Part shown: positions 10,120-19,322 of the stretch, piece by piece
Layout: each line of letters begins with the position of its first letter
Position numbering within the stretch: position 1 is the stretch's first letter
NCBI RefSeq assembly: GCF_008000775.2
Contig: NZ_CP042905.2
Coordinates: forward strand, 1,440,001-1,472,000
Origin: Promethearchaeum syntrophicum
Lineage (GTDB): Archaea; Asgardarchaeota; Lokiarchaeia; Sigyniarchaeales; Promethearchaeaceae
Length of the DNA: 32,000 nucleotides
Direction of reading: 5' to 3'
Translations under genes and position numbers: made by a program
Notes under the pieces: model-generated
The model's input: only the letters and a program-made list of their open reading frames with translations
Told to the model about the DNA's origin: nothing
Database searches by the model: none

Positions 10120-11622
10120 GTGGAAATTATAAAAATGAATTATTCCATGAAATCTAAAACGTATACTGGTATAATCTGGAGTTTTGCTAAGTTTATTATA
10201 ACTTTTGGAATTCCATTTATAATCGGAATTTTTCTTGCTAGATTGCTTATGCCAGAAGATTATGGGCTTATTGGTATGGTTACAATTATTATTGCAGTAG
10301 CAAATTCTCTCATTGATAGTGGCTTCAGTCAAGCTCTTATACGTAAGAAAAATGTATCTCAGGAAGATTATTCTACTATTTTTTATTTTAATTTACTCAT
10401 CTCATTAATTTTATATTTAATTATATTTCTTTGTGCAAAAATCATTAGTGATTTTTATTCCGAACCAAGATTGATACCAATTATTAGAATAATTTCTCTA
10501 GTGATAATTATTAATTCTCTTAGTATAATACAGAGAACCATATTGATTAAAAAAATAGATTTCAAATCTCAGGCATTAATCGTATTAATATCAAGTACCA
10601 TTTCAGGAATAATTGCAATTTTTCTTGCTTATAATGGTTTTGGAGTATGGAGTCTTGTATTTAATACTTTAATATCAAATTTTCTTCAAACTCTACTCTT
10701 GTGGATTTACAATAAATGGATTCCATCTTTTGTTTTCAATTTTACTTCTTTTAAATCTCTACTTGGATTTAGCTCAAAACTTCTTGCATCGGGAATGATT
10801 GATACAATTTATCAAAATATATATTCTCCAATTATTGGGAAATCATTTTCTGTTGTGGATTTAGGGTATTATACTAACGCTGTCAAATATAAAAATATTC
10901 TTTCCAATATGATTTCAAGTTCCATACAACAAGTTACCTACCCTGTGCTTTCAGAAATAAAAGAAAATAAAGTTCTCTTGAAGAAAAATAATAAAAAATT
11001 AGTGAGAACAACAATGTTCTTACAATTTCCTTTAATGATAGGTTTATTGGTTGTAGCAGAACCGTTATTTTTTATTTTATTTGGAGAGAAATGGTTAAAT
11101 TCAATACCTTATTTTCAACTTTTATGCATCGTTGGTATCTTATATCCTTTACATACAATTAATCTTAATATACTTAAGGTAATTGGTAGATCTGACTTAT
11201 TCCTACGATTAGAAATATATAAAAAAATATCTTTTACAATACTTATTGTGATATTCTTTCAATGGGGCATAATTGGGCTAATAATCGCCCAAGTTATTAA
11301 TTCTATTTTGTCTTATATAATAAATAGTTATTATTCTGGGAAATATATTGATTATCATCTGAAAGAACAGATAAAAGATTTTTTACCCGTATTCATAATC
11401 TCATTACTAATGGGAATTATTGTTTTTCTTAGCAGTTTGATATTACCTGATAATTATTTTATTAAACTTAGTTGTGAAGTTATAATTGGAGTGATATTTT
11501 ATTTATCTATTTGTAAACTTGCTAAAATAAAAGAATTGGACAATTTATTAAACATATTTTTTTCATATTTGAAGGACATAAATTTCAAAAAAAAAAAAAA
11601 GGAGTCTTCTCCGAACGAATAA
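10120..11622 (+). CDS. wzx: Wzx-type oligosaccharide flippase (MOP superfamily, polysaccharide biosynthesis protein)
   Basis: About 12-14 TM segments. The N-terminus ...FAKFIITFGIPFIIGIFLARLLMPEDYGLIGMVTIIIAVANSLIDSGFSQALIRKK is the characteristic PST/Wzx opening. The track start is GTG at 10120; ATG at 10135 (MNYSMKSK) is an equally plausible start. Confidence 0.85.
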   Translation: MEIIKMNYSMKSKTYTGIIWSFAKFIITFGIPFIIGIFLARLLMPEDYGLIGMVTIIIAVANSLIDSGFSQALIRKKNVSQEDYSTIFYFNLLISLILYLIIFLCAKIISDFYSEPRLIPIIRIISLVIIINSLSIIQRTILIKKIDFKSQALIVLISSTISGIIAIFLAYNGFGVWSLVFNTLISNFLQTLLLWIYNKWIPSFVFNFTSFKSLLGFSSKLLASGMIDTIYQNIYSPIIGKSFSVVDLGYYTNAVKYKNILSNMISSSIQQVTYPVLSEIKENKVLLKKNNKKLVRTTMFLQFPLMIGLLVVAEPLFFILFGEKWLNSIPYFQLLCIVGILYPLHTINLNILKVIGRSDLFLRLEIYKKISFTILIVIFFQWGIIGLIIAQVINSILSYIINSYYSGKYIDYHLKEQIKDFLPVFIISLLMGIIVFLSSLILPDNYFIKLSCEVIIGVIFYLSICKLAKIKELDNLLNIFFSYLKDINFKKKKKESSPNE

Positions 11623-12034
11623 ACATGAAAAACCACTGGTATACATTTGTTGCCATAATATTATTATCCAACTAAAAGCCTTAAGGTAAAATATTAAACA
11701 CTTTTTGATTTTTTGTTGTATCTTTTCATAATAATTGATAAATAAAGAACAAAAAATAAAAGTGGATTTAAAAACAAGTTATACTCAATTTGAGGATCGA
11801 ATATGATATTTTAATAATAAAAGAAGTTGGATTTTCAGTTTTTCTTAGCATAAATCTTTTAAAGATGATAGTTTTTCATATTTTTGAGAATTACCATAAA
11901 ACTGAAAGGTTTCAATTAATACGTGGTCGCTATAAAAAAATTATTATCTTATGATTTTTGAACCAAGCGTTTAAGTTATGAAGTAACAATAAAATTTTTA
12001 CATTTTTTAGAATTAATAATCTAGGAGATATCTT

Positions 12035-13312
12035 ATGAGAATCGGAATAACCGGACCTATTGCTGATGGAAATCTTGGCGATTATGGTATGTTAGTAAAT
12101 AATATTTATGAAATGGGAATTAATAATGAATATTTGATTTATTCATATAATCCCAAAATATCTCAATGGGTAAATAAGGAATACTTAAAAAACTTTAAAA
12201 CTTCAATAGTTTCAATTTTATTAGTTCCAAATGAGAATAACACCAAAAAACGGAGTTTTAGGCAATATTTTAAAAGATTATTCCTTAAACTCTTAGGAAT
12301 CAATAAAAAATATTTATTCACTCCATTTGAAATAATAAAAAAAGCTAAAAATATTGATTCAATAACAGATTCGATTTCATCAATTGATATTCTTGTAGTA
12401 AATGGAGGGGGATGTTTCAACAAATTATGGTATACTTGGCATCGACGAAATGATTTTTTTTCAATTGTTATTCCAATAATTATCGCAAATCAGCTTAATA
12501 AGAAAATTGTATTTACAGGAAATAGTTTTGGTCCCTTTGGTGACACAAAGGGTTTTTTCGAACTGCTATTTTGTGATTTAAAAAACGTCCATTTCGGGAT
12601 TCGGGATAATTTGTTATCAAGAACAACTTTATCCTCCATTGGGATTTCAAAAAATAAAATTTCTTGGATTCCCGATGATTTTTTCTTCCTAAATCAAAAC
12701 TTAAAAAAAATTTCAAATCCAGTTCCGTTTAAAAAATATATTGTATTAGAATTATATCAAAATATTGAATCGATTGAAAATATCATCAAAGAATTTGTTG
12801 ATTTTCTTTACGAAGAATTCAATATCTGTACGGTATTCATCCCATTTCAAGAAGGTAAAGGAGGGGAAGAGCAAGGAAAGATTTTACAATCAAAAATCAA
12901 TGCAAAATATTTCTATTTACATCATTTAAATAATAGACCTTTAAAAATAGCTGAGGCATATTCAATAATTAGTAACTCAGAGATGGTTATTAGCAATCGT
13001 TATCATGCTTTTCTTATTGCGCTAGCAAATCAAGTTCCCGCTATTAGCATTCTAAAAAATGTTTCAGGAGACAAAAGGTATTACTATAATAAAAATTATG
13101 GTTTAATCCGTGAAATTTTTGAGGGAATTCCCATTAGAATCTTGGATTTTCTAAATGATGATATTATAGGAGTTTTTATAAAATTAAAATCATCTTTTCA
13201 AGATATTATTCAATCCCAAAAAGAGATATACTCATCAGATATCTACAAAAATAATCTTGAAAACCATTTAAGAATTAGAAATGATTATTTTAAAAAAAGA
13301 ATTTTAGATTAA
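12035..13312 (+). CDS. Polysaccharide pyruvyl transferase family protein (CsaB/WcaK-like)
   Basis: N-terminus MRIGITGPIADGNLGDYGML, VVNGGGCFN, and the C-terminal SNRYHAFLIALANQVPAISI motif typical of PF04230-type enzymes. AGGAG Shine-Dalgarno-like sequence 9 nt upstream. Confidence 0.8.
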   Translation: MRIGITGPIADGNLGDYGMLVNNIYEMGINNEYLIYSYNPKISQWVNKEYLKNFKTSIVSILLVPNENNTKKRSFRQYFKRLFLKLLGINKKYLFTPFEIIKKAKNIDSITDSISSIDILVVNGGGCFNKLWYTWHRRNDFFSIVIPIIIANQLNKKIVFTGNSFGPFGDTKGFFELLFCDLKNVHFGIRDNLLSRTTLSSIGISKNKISWIPDDFFFLNQNLKKISNPVPFKKYIVLELYQNIESIENIIKEFVDFLYEEFNICTVFIPFQEGKGGEEQGKILQSKINAKYFYLHHLNNRPLKIAEAYSIISNSEMVISNRYHAFLIALANQVPAISILKNVSGDKRYYYNKNYGLIREIFEGIPIRILDFLNDDIIGVFIKLKSSFQDIIQSQKEIYSSDIYKNNLENHLRIRNDYFKKRILD

Positions 13313-13317
13313 ATAGT

Positions 13318-14601
13318 GTGTTTTTAATGAAGAATGTAAAAGTGTTAGTTTTCCCTTGTGGTTCAGAAATTGGTTTAGAAATCCATCGAGCTTTAAAATA
13401 TATTCGATATGTTGATCTTATAGGTGGAACAAGTGTAACCGATCATAGTCGTGTTGTGTATGATAAGATTATTGATAATATTCCCTTTGTTAGCGAAAAA
13501 AATTTTATTAAAAAAATAAATGAAGTCATAATTAAAGAGAGAATAGATTTTATTATTCCAGCAATGGATGTTGTTTGCTATTATCTTTCGAAATTTTCAG
13601 AAAAAATCCATTGTAAAATTGTAGGGCATTCTTATGAAACAAATTCAATTTGTTATGAAAAAAAAAAAACTTATGAATATCTTGAAGAAGTGGTTAGAAC
13701 TCCAAAATTATTTTCCAATAGAAACGAAATTCATGATTTTCCTGTGTTCTTGAAACCAAATATTGGGTATGGGGGAATAGGTACAAAAATAATTCATAAT
13801 AAAACTGAACTTGATAATATACAAAATTTACTTGATAATTTACTGATAGAATTTTTACCAGGAAAAGAGTATACTGTCGATTGTTTTACGGATAGGAATG
13901 GAATCTTACTGTTTTCCAATGTTAGAGAAAGAGTAAGAATTAAATCAGGGATAAGTGTAAATACTATTTCAGTAAAACTCCCTAAAGCACTTGAAATTGC
14001 AAGAAAAATTAACTCTAAGATTGATTTTTGTGGGGCTTGGTTTTTCCAAATAAAAGAAACATTTGAAAAAGTTCTTTGTTTAATGGAAGTAGCTCCAAGA
14101 ATAAGTGGTTCTTCTTCCATAAATCGATTACTTGGTATTAATCTCCCTCTACTCTCTTTGCACGTAACCAATGACGAAAACGTACAGATCACACCAAATT
14201 CATTAAACACTATTGAAATAGATAGGGCTTTTGATGTTCGGTTTATTTTTGAATATGATAAAATTAAGAATATTTATGTGGATTTTGATGATTGTCTAAT
14301 GATAAATAAGAAAGTAAATTACAATCTTGTCGCTTTCCTTTTTAAATGTATAAATGAAAAGAAAAAAATTATTCTATTGACAAAGCATGAAGGAGATTTG
14401 ATTAACAGTTTAAAAATTTCAAGATTAGAAAATATTTTTGATAAAATTATCCATATTAATAAAAATGAAAGAAAAATTGACTTTATCTCCCCCATGAATT
14501 CACTTTTTATTGATGATTCGTATTCTGAAAGGAAAGAGGTTATTGAAAAACTTGGTGTTTTGTCTTTTTCTCCAGATGTAATCGATGGGTTAATTAGATA
14601 A
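13318..14601 (+). CDS. ATP-grasp ligase fused to a C-terminal HAD-like phosphatase domain
   Basis: ATP-grasp signatures: VFLKPNIGYGGIGTKII, EFLPGKEYTVDCFTD, MEVAPRISGS. C-terminal HAD motifs: I = VDFDDCL, II = ILLTKH, IV = FIDDS. The track start is GTG at 13318; ATG at 13327 (MKNVKVLVFPCG) is likely the real start. Only 5-14 nt separate it from the pyruvyl transferase gene. Confidence 0.75.
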   Translation: MFLMKNVKVLVFPCGSEIGLEIHRALKYIRYVDLIGGTSVTDHSRVVYDKIIDNIPFVSEKNFIKKINEVIIKERIDFIIPAMDVVCYYLSKFSEKIHCKIVGHSYETNSICYEKKKTYEYLEEVVRTPKLFSNRNEIHDFPVFLKPNIGYGGIGTKIIHNKTELDNIQNLLDNLLIEFLPGKEYTVDCFTDRNGILLFSNVRERVRIKSGISVNTISVKLPKALEIARKINSKIDFCGAWFFQIKETFEKVLCLMEVAPRISGSSSINRLLGINLPLLSLHVTNDENVQITPNSLNTIEIDRAFDVRFIFEYDKIKNIYVDFDDCLMINKKVNYNLVAFLFKCINEKKKIILLTKHEGDLINSLKISRLENIFDKIIHINKNERKIDFISPMNSLFIDDSYSERKEVIEKLGVLSFSPDVIDGLIR

Positions 14602-14776
14602 GAGATAATTTAATTTTACCACAATTTTTAAGTAAATTATTGTACGTATCTCCTAAATTTTTCTCCTTTTATTAGATTAAGAGTTTTAACGAAAAAATAA
14701 ATAAGATTATGTAAAAAAAAGAATTCAAAATATTGAATTAAAATCAGAATACTTTAGATCTGAAAAATTTGTTTAA

Positions 14777-15007
14777 GGAAGCTATGCTTATGTGGCGAAT
14801 CCCGTGAGGGGTTTAGAGATTATTGATATTTCAGACCCTATTCTTCCTACGAAGGTCAAAGAGTGAAAAAATTTTTCATACACCATGTATGGAAGAGTAT
14901 TGTTATATGGATTTCTTAGCGATACTGTCTTTTTTATCTATGATAGTTTTCCAGAACGAAAAAAAGTATACCAAATTTATGACATCCCAAAAATTTTCTT
15001 GGGATAA
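14777..15007 (+). pseudogene. Remnant of an LVIVD-repeat (beta-propeller surface protein) gene: two degenerate repeats, no start codon, internal TGA
   Basis: Manual translation: GSYAYVANPVRGLEIIDISDPILPTKVKE, TGA at 14864-14866, then KNFSYTMYGRVLLYGFLSDTVFFIYDSFPERKKVYQIYDIPKIFLG. The YAYVA...GL.IIDIS.P..P pattern is the LVIVD repeat signature. The frame is closed by TAA just upstream (14774-14776), and more stops lie further upstream. Confidence 0.4.
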
Positions 15008-15249
15008 GGTTGAATCTTTGATTGATGATAGAATATAAAACAATTTTTCATCAACTGTAAGAAATTCAAATTTCTATATTCAAATTAGTTAGGATTTCGT
15101 TATTTTTTTCTAAATTCTAATATTATGTTAATTAAGTTAATGTTTGTTCATAAGAATCAAAATTTTACTTGAATTTCAAATCTATCTGCGATTTAATTGT
15201 TCCAAAATACTTAATGCTACTTTATTTCTTATCAACTAATTAGATAATA

Positions 15250-15438
15250 ATGAAAGCAATTATTTTAGCTGTTGGGATAGGATCATGATTACATCCAATA
15301 ATAGATCGAGTTTCAAAAACTTTAGTTCCTGTTTCGGGGAAACCAATGTTAGGACATATTATAGATTCTTTATTGATTAATAATGTTATTGATTTTATAA
15401 TCTGTGTTCGTTATAAATTTGAAAAAATGTTTAATTAA
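15250..15438 (+). pseudogene. Truncated sugar-phosphate nucleotidyltransferase (RmlA/LicC fold), N-terminal 62 codons only, with an in-frame TGA
   Basis: MKAIILAVGIGS, TGA at 15286-15288, then LHPIIDRVSKTLVPVSGKPMLGHIIDSLLINNVIDFIICVRYKFEKMFN then TAA. The TGA replaces the invariant Arg of the G-x-G-(S/T)-R-L pyrophosphorylase motif; compare GMGSRL in the intact paralog at 20309. Ends 30 nt before the TagF-like gene. Confidence 0.65.
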
Positions 15439-15468
15439 TTAATAATATAAAATTATTGATGATATACA

Positions 15469-16746
15469 ATGTTCAGAATTAAAGTAAAGAAATTTTTCAT
15501 AGATAAGTTTATTCTTCCTATTTGGAAATTATATGATTCCATTCTTCCTAAAAAAGAAAATTATTGGGGATTTCCTGTTCATTTTATTAAAGGAGATCAA
15601 TTCATTGATAATTCGAGGGCAGTTTTTGAAGAAATTAAATTAGATCCTAAAATAAAAAAAATTCTATTTACAAGATCTGATGATAATAATTTTGATCTAG
15701 AAAATTCTATTAATACAATTATTGTAAAATTAAAATCCTTTTCTGGTCTTAGATATATTGCAAGATGTAAGGTTTTATTTCTACAAAATGCTATAACAAT
15801 GGATTATTCCTTTAGATATCCAAATAATACTTTTAGCATAATCAAGTTATTATCTAAAAAACGTATTATTATCAATTTATGGCATGGAATTTTGTTTAAA
15901 AAAGTATTTGGTTTAACTCAAGGTCCTATTAGGAATCAATTAGAAAGAGTTAAATATCGAGTTAAAGAGCGAAAATATTACTCGGGGTTAATTACATCTT
16001 CAGTAATAGATAGCTATGCAATGAGTGCTATATTTTATCCAATAAAATATGAAAATGTTTGGATCACTGGGTTACCAAGAAATGATTTTTTAATCAAAGA
16101 TCTTCATTTACTACCTACGTATTTGCAATCACAAGTAAAATTAATTCGAGAAATAAAAAAAGATAAAATTTTAATTACTTATGCTCCTACTTATCGACAG
16201 ACCACTTTAGTATCGGATGCAAGTCATTATCAATTTTCTATTGAAGAAATTAATCAATTGAAACAGTTTTTAATAGAAAATAATGCAATTTTTGGATTTA
16301 GAATGCATTATTTCAAAAATAAAAAAAATTCATTTAATATAGAAGATTTTACGGATAATAAATTAATATTCAGTTTAGAACATAATATTGTTCCTGAAAT
16401 TTCACCAATTATTCGTGAATCTGATATAATAATTACTGATTATTCAAGTGTATTTACAGATTCTTTATATATTAATAAACCCGTAATTTCTTTTGCGTAT
16501 GATTTGGACCATTATCGAGATTTTGAAGATGGATTTATATATGATTTGGATATTGTTTTTCCTGGACCTGTTGTTACCTCCTTCGATTCCTTAATGAAAA
16601 GTCTTAAAACAGAATTTAATAGTTCAAGTCAGATTAATTCCGAAAAATATAGGACCTCACAAAAGTTTTTCTTTCAATACATTGATGATAAAAATTCTTA
16701 TCGAGTAATAAACCATTTGAAAAATGCTCTTCATAAAAATTCTTAA
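15469..16746 (+). CDS. CDP-glycerol (or CDP-alditol) glycerophosphotransferase family protein, TagB/TagF-like
   Basis: Signature motifs of the Glyphos_transf family: GLPRND, ILITYAPTYRQ, and ESDIIITDYSSVFTDSLYINKPVISFAYDLDHYRDFEDGFIYD. 425 aa. Confidence 0.85.
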   Translation: MFRIKVKKFFIDKFILPIWKLYDSILPKKENYWGFPVHFIKGDQFIDNSRAVFEEIKLDPKIKKILFTRSDDNNFDLENSINTIIVKLKSFSGLRYIARCKVLFLQNAITMDYSFRYPNNTFSIIKLLSKKRIIINLWHGILFKKVFGLTQGPIRNQLERVKYRVKERKYYSGLITSSVIDSYAMSAIFYPIKYENVWITGLPRNDFLIKDLHLLPTYLQSQVKLIREIKKDKILITYAPTYRQTTLVSDASHYQFSIEEINQLKQFLIENNAIFGFRMHYFKNKKNSFNIEDFTDNKLIFSLEHNIVPEISPIIRESDIIITDYSSVFTDSLYINKPVISFAYDLDHYRDFEDGFIYDLDIVFPGPVVTSFDSLMKSLKTEFNSSSQINSEKYRTSQKFFFQYIDDKNSYRVINHLKNALHKNS

Positions 16747-16757
16747 TTTTTTTTTTT
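16747..16757 (+). terminator. Oligo-T terminator (T11) immediately after the TagF-like stop codon
   Basis: TAA at 16744-16746 is followed directly by eleven T residues. Confidence 0.55.
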
Positions 16758-17030
16758 CTATTTAATTTTATTTGGTCTTTTTTCCCCTTGAGTGATAATA
16801 AAATGAATTTTGTGAAAAAATGAAACTTGATTTAGAAGCTAATAATCCTGATTTCATAATTGAATCTCTTGAAAAATTAAATGAGATGATGGAATAAGAA
16901 ATAATTTCCTTTTTTTTTGATTTTATTGATTTAGATATTTCAAAAATTATATAAAGTGCTTAAAATTTAATTGGAATTAATTAATGAAGTTTCATTCCAA
17001 GAAATTTTCTTTAGTTAATGATGAGATTTT

Positions 17031-18002
17031 ATGCGAGAAACTGAAAAACCCCTAATTAGCATTTGCTGTATTACTTTCAATCAAGAAAGATATATAAAAA
17101 AAACAATTGAAGGATTTCTCAAACAGAAAATAACTTATCCAATAGAAATTATTATTCATGATGATGCTTCTACCGATAATACTGTTAATATTATTAAAGA
17201 ATTTCATAAAAATTATCCCACAATAATTAAGCCTATTTTTCAGACAGTAAATCAATATCAGCTTGGAAAAAGAGGAAGTTACTTCGCTTTTAAAGAAGCT
17301 AACGGAAAATATATTGCATTTTGTGAGGGCGATGATTATTGGATTGATCAATATAAACTTCAAAAACAAGTCGATTTTTTAGAAGCAAATCCAGATTGTA
17401 CAATTAGTGGACATCGAATTATTCTTTACTATGATGCAGAACAAAAATTTGGTGATCCATTTCCTTCTAAATATATTCCAGAAATTTCTAATATTAATTT
17501 ATTTTTATCACATAATTTCATTCCATCTTTATCAATCGTTTTTCGCAGAGAAATCATTGAAAATTTACCTGATATTTATTTTAAAGTTCCTTTCGGAGAT
17601 TATATTCTAAAAGTTTTATGCGCTGAAAAAGGAAAAATTGGTTTTATAAATCAAATAATGGGAGTATATAGAATTCATAATAAAGGTGTATCCCAAGGAA
17701 ATAAAATGCAATTTCTAAAAATGAGAATTAACAATATTGAGCAAATATCAAATTATTTGAATTATCGCAAAGATTTGAAATTATTACTATTAAAAAATCG
17801 AATAGAAAAAGCATTTTTATTGTATGAATGGGGTGCAAAAAATAGATTTAAAATATATTTTCAATACATATTATCAAATTCAGCAAGTTTTATGGAAATA
17901 ATCTATATTGGAATTTTAATAATTAAATGGAAATTGTTTCCCTATTTAAAATTAGTAAAGAAATCAATTAAAAACCATACAAATATAGATTTAGAAATTT
18001 AA
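17031..18002 (+). CDS. Family 2 glycosyltransferase (GT-A fold)
   Basis: PLISICCITFNQERYIKKTIEGFLKQ, IIIHDDASTDNT (DxD region), and EGDDYW. 323 aa. Confidence 0.9.
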   Translation: MRETEKPLISICCITFNQERYIKKTIEGFLKQKITYPIEIIIHDDASTDNTVNIIKEFHKNYPTIIKPIFQTVNQYQLGKRGSYFAFKEANGKYIAFCEGDDYWIDQYKLQKQVDFLEANPDCTISGHRIILYYDAEQKFGDPFPSKYIPEISNINLFLSHNFIPSLSIVFRREIIENLPDIYFKVPFGDYILKVLCAEKGKIGFINQIMGVYRIHNKGVSQGNKMQFLKMRINNIEQISNYLNYRKDLKLLLLKNRIEKAFLLYEWGAKNRFKIYFQYILSNSASFMEIIYIGILIIKWKLFPYLKLVKKSIKNHTNIDLEI

Positions 18003-18091
18003 TTCATAAAAAATTAATTAAAAATTCATGTTTGAATTATAACGACTTTAATAGATATCCTCATTAATTTAATAAATAAAAAAAAAAGGAA

Positions 18092-19231
18092 TTGAATATG
18101 GTAAATAAATTTAAAGAACCAATCTATATCACTCGGCCTTTATTACCTGATTTGGGGATTATTCAAGAAAATTTGAAGGAAGTTTGGGAAAGTAAATGGC
18201 TAACAAACAATGGTCCGCGACATAAAAAATTAGAAAAGGATTTAAAAACATATTTGGGTTTAGAACACCTTATCTTATTTAATAATGGAACTCTCGCATT
18301 AATTTTAGGAATAAAATCTTTAAATTTAACAGGAGAAGTTATTACAACTCCATTTACTTTTCCTGCTACTGTAGAGGCGTTGGATTGGAATAATCTAACT
18401 CCTATTTTTTGTGACTTAGATCCCAAAACTCTGAATTTAGATGCCTCTAAGATTGAAAATTTAATAACTGAAAAAACATCGGCAATTCTAGCAGTACATG
18501 TTTTTGGTAATCCATGTGATGTTCATAGAATTCAAAAAATTGCAGATAAATATAAATTAAAAGTTATTTATGATGCCGCTCATGCATTTGGGACTAAAAT
18601 AGATGGAATTCCAATTGGAAAATTTGGGGATCTAACTATGTTCAGTTTTCATGCAACTAAATTGTTCCATACAGTTGAAGGCGGAGCTTTAGCAGTTAAT
18701 AATCTTGAAATGGAATCAAAGTTAAATTTACTTAAAAATTTTGGAATTCGTGGACCTGAAACGGTTTTAATGTCTGGTTTAAATGCTAAAATGAATGAAG
18801 TACAAGCGGTTATTGGAATCGAAGTTTTAAAAATTATCGATCAAGAACGAAGTAATAGAGAACAAATACTTTCAATTTATCGGGAGAATTTAAGTAAGAT
18901 ACCAGGAATTAAAATTGTAAATAATCATTCGGGAGAAAATAGCTTACAGTATTTGGTTATTACAATTGATGAGAATATCTATGGAAAATCCCGAGATTGG
19001 GTTCATGAACGGTTAAAAAGATATAATGTTTTTACACGAAAGTATTTTAATCCATTATGTAGTAATTTTCCATGGTATAAATCATTAGATTCTTCAAAAC
19101 CTGAAAATCTTCCAATTGCTAATAAAATTATAGACCAAGTATTATCGTTACCTTTTTATGGTGAGTTATCGCTTGAATCTGTTGAGATAATTTGCGGTCT
19201 TTTAAAAGTTTTTTATTCAGAAAATGATTAA
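18092..19231 (+). CDS. DegT/DnrJ/EryC1/StrS-family PLP-dependent sugar aminotransferase
   Basis: DAAHAFG, and SFHATKLFHTVEGGAL carrying the PLP lysine. 379 aa. The track start is TTG at 18092; ATG at 18098 is preceded by AAGGA. Confidence 0.9.
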   Translation: MNMVNKFKEPIYITRPLLPDLGIIQENLKEVWESKWLTNNGPRHKKLEKDLKTYLGLEHLILFNNGTLALILGIKSLNLTGEVITTPFTFPATVEALDWNNLTPIFCDLDPKTLNLDASKIENLITEKTSAILAVHVFGNPCDVHRIQKIADKYKLKVIYDAAHAFGTKIDGIPIGKFGDLTMFSFHATKLFHTVEGGALAVNNLEMESKLNLLKNFGIRGPETVLMSGLNAKMNEVQAVIGIEVLKIIDQERSNREQILSIYRENLSKIPGIKIVNNHSGENSLQYLVITIDENIYGKSRDWVHERLKRYNVFTRKYFNPLCSNFPWYKSLDSSKPENLPIANKIIDQVLSLPFYGELSLESVEIICGLLKVFYSEND

Positions 19232-19261
19232 AAATGTAAGATTTTTGCTCATTTGGGGATA

Positions 19262-19270
19262 TTTTTTTTT
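19262..19270 (+). terminator. Oligo-T tract (T9) 30 nt downstream of the aminotransferase stop
   Basis: T9 run at 19262-19270. Confidence 0.45.
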
Positions 19271-19322
19271 ACTTTTGTTTACATATCCTGTTTTTGCAAG
19301 ATAAATTGACTTTAAAGTAATT

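Noticed and set aside
13794-14210. 138-aa antisense ORF inside the ATP-grasp gene, plus similar shadow ORFs: 2587..2772, 4115..4342, 6209..6493, 7389..7577, 9668..9904, 10111..10332, 12163..12423, 12513..12716, 17052..17369, 17407..17610, 18163..18426, 20365..20631, 20913..21125, 21553..22525 group, 25241..25429, 27495..27731, 30115..30432
   Set aside because: All are nested in, or antisense to, longer ORFs that carry clear family motifs. None shows a recognisable domain signature.
14823-15038. 71-aa track ORF in the 14.6-15.4 kb spacer
   Set aside because: It is in a different frame from the LVIVD-like remnant that explains this sequence. Its own translation has no recognisable features.
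4857-15438. Alternative genetic code or stop-codon reassignment, as an explanation for the in-frame TAA (GNAT) and TGA (nucleotidyltransferase and LVIVD fragments)
   Set aside because: - TAA, TGA and TAG all terminate full-length, well-conserved genes here at the expected protein lengths: leuS TAA, epimerase TGA, GT4 and AP-enzyme TAG.
- The TGA-containing ORFs are also truncated and lack starts.
- Ordinary pseudogenisation fits better.
19224-19304. 26-codon signal-peptide-like ORF (MIKNVRFLLIWGYFFLLLFTYPVFAR) overlapping the aminotransferase stop
   Set aside because: It is too short, spans the T9 terminator tract, and has no downstream continuation. It is likely chance or the relic of a lost gene.
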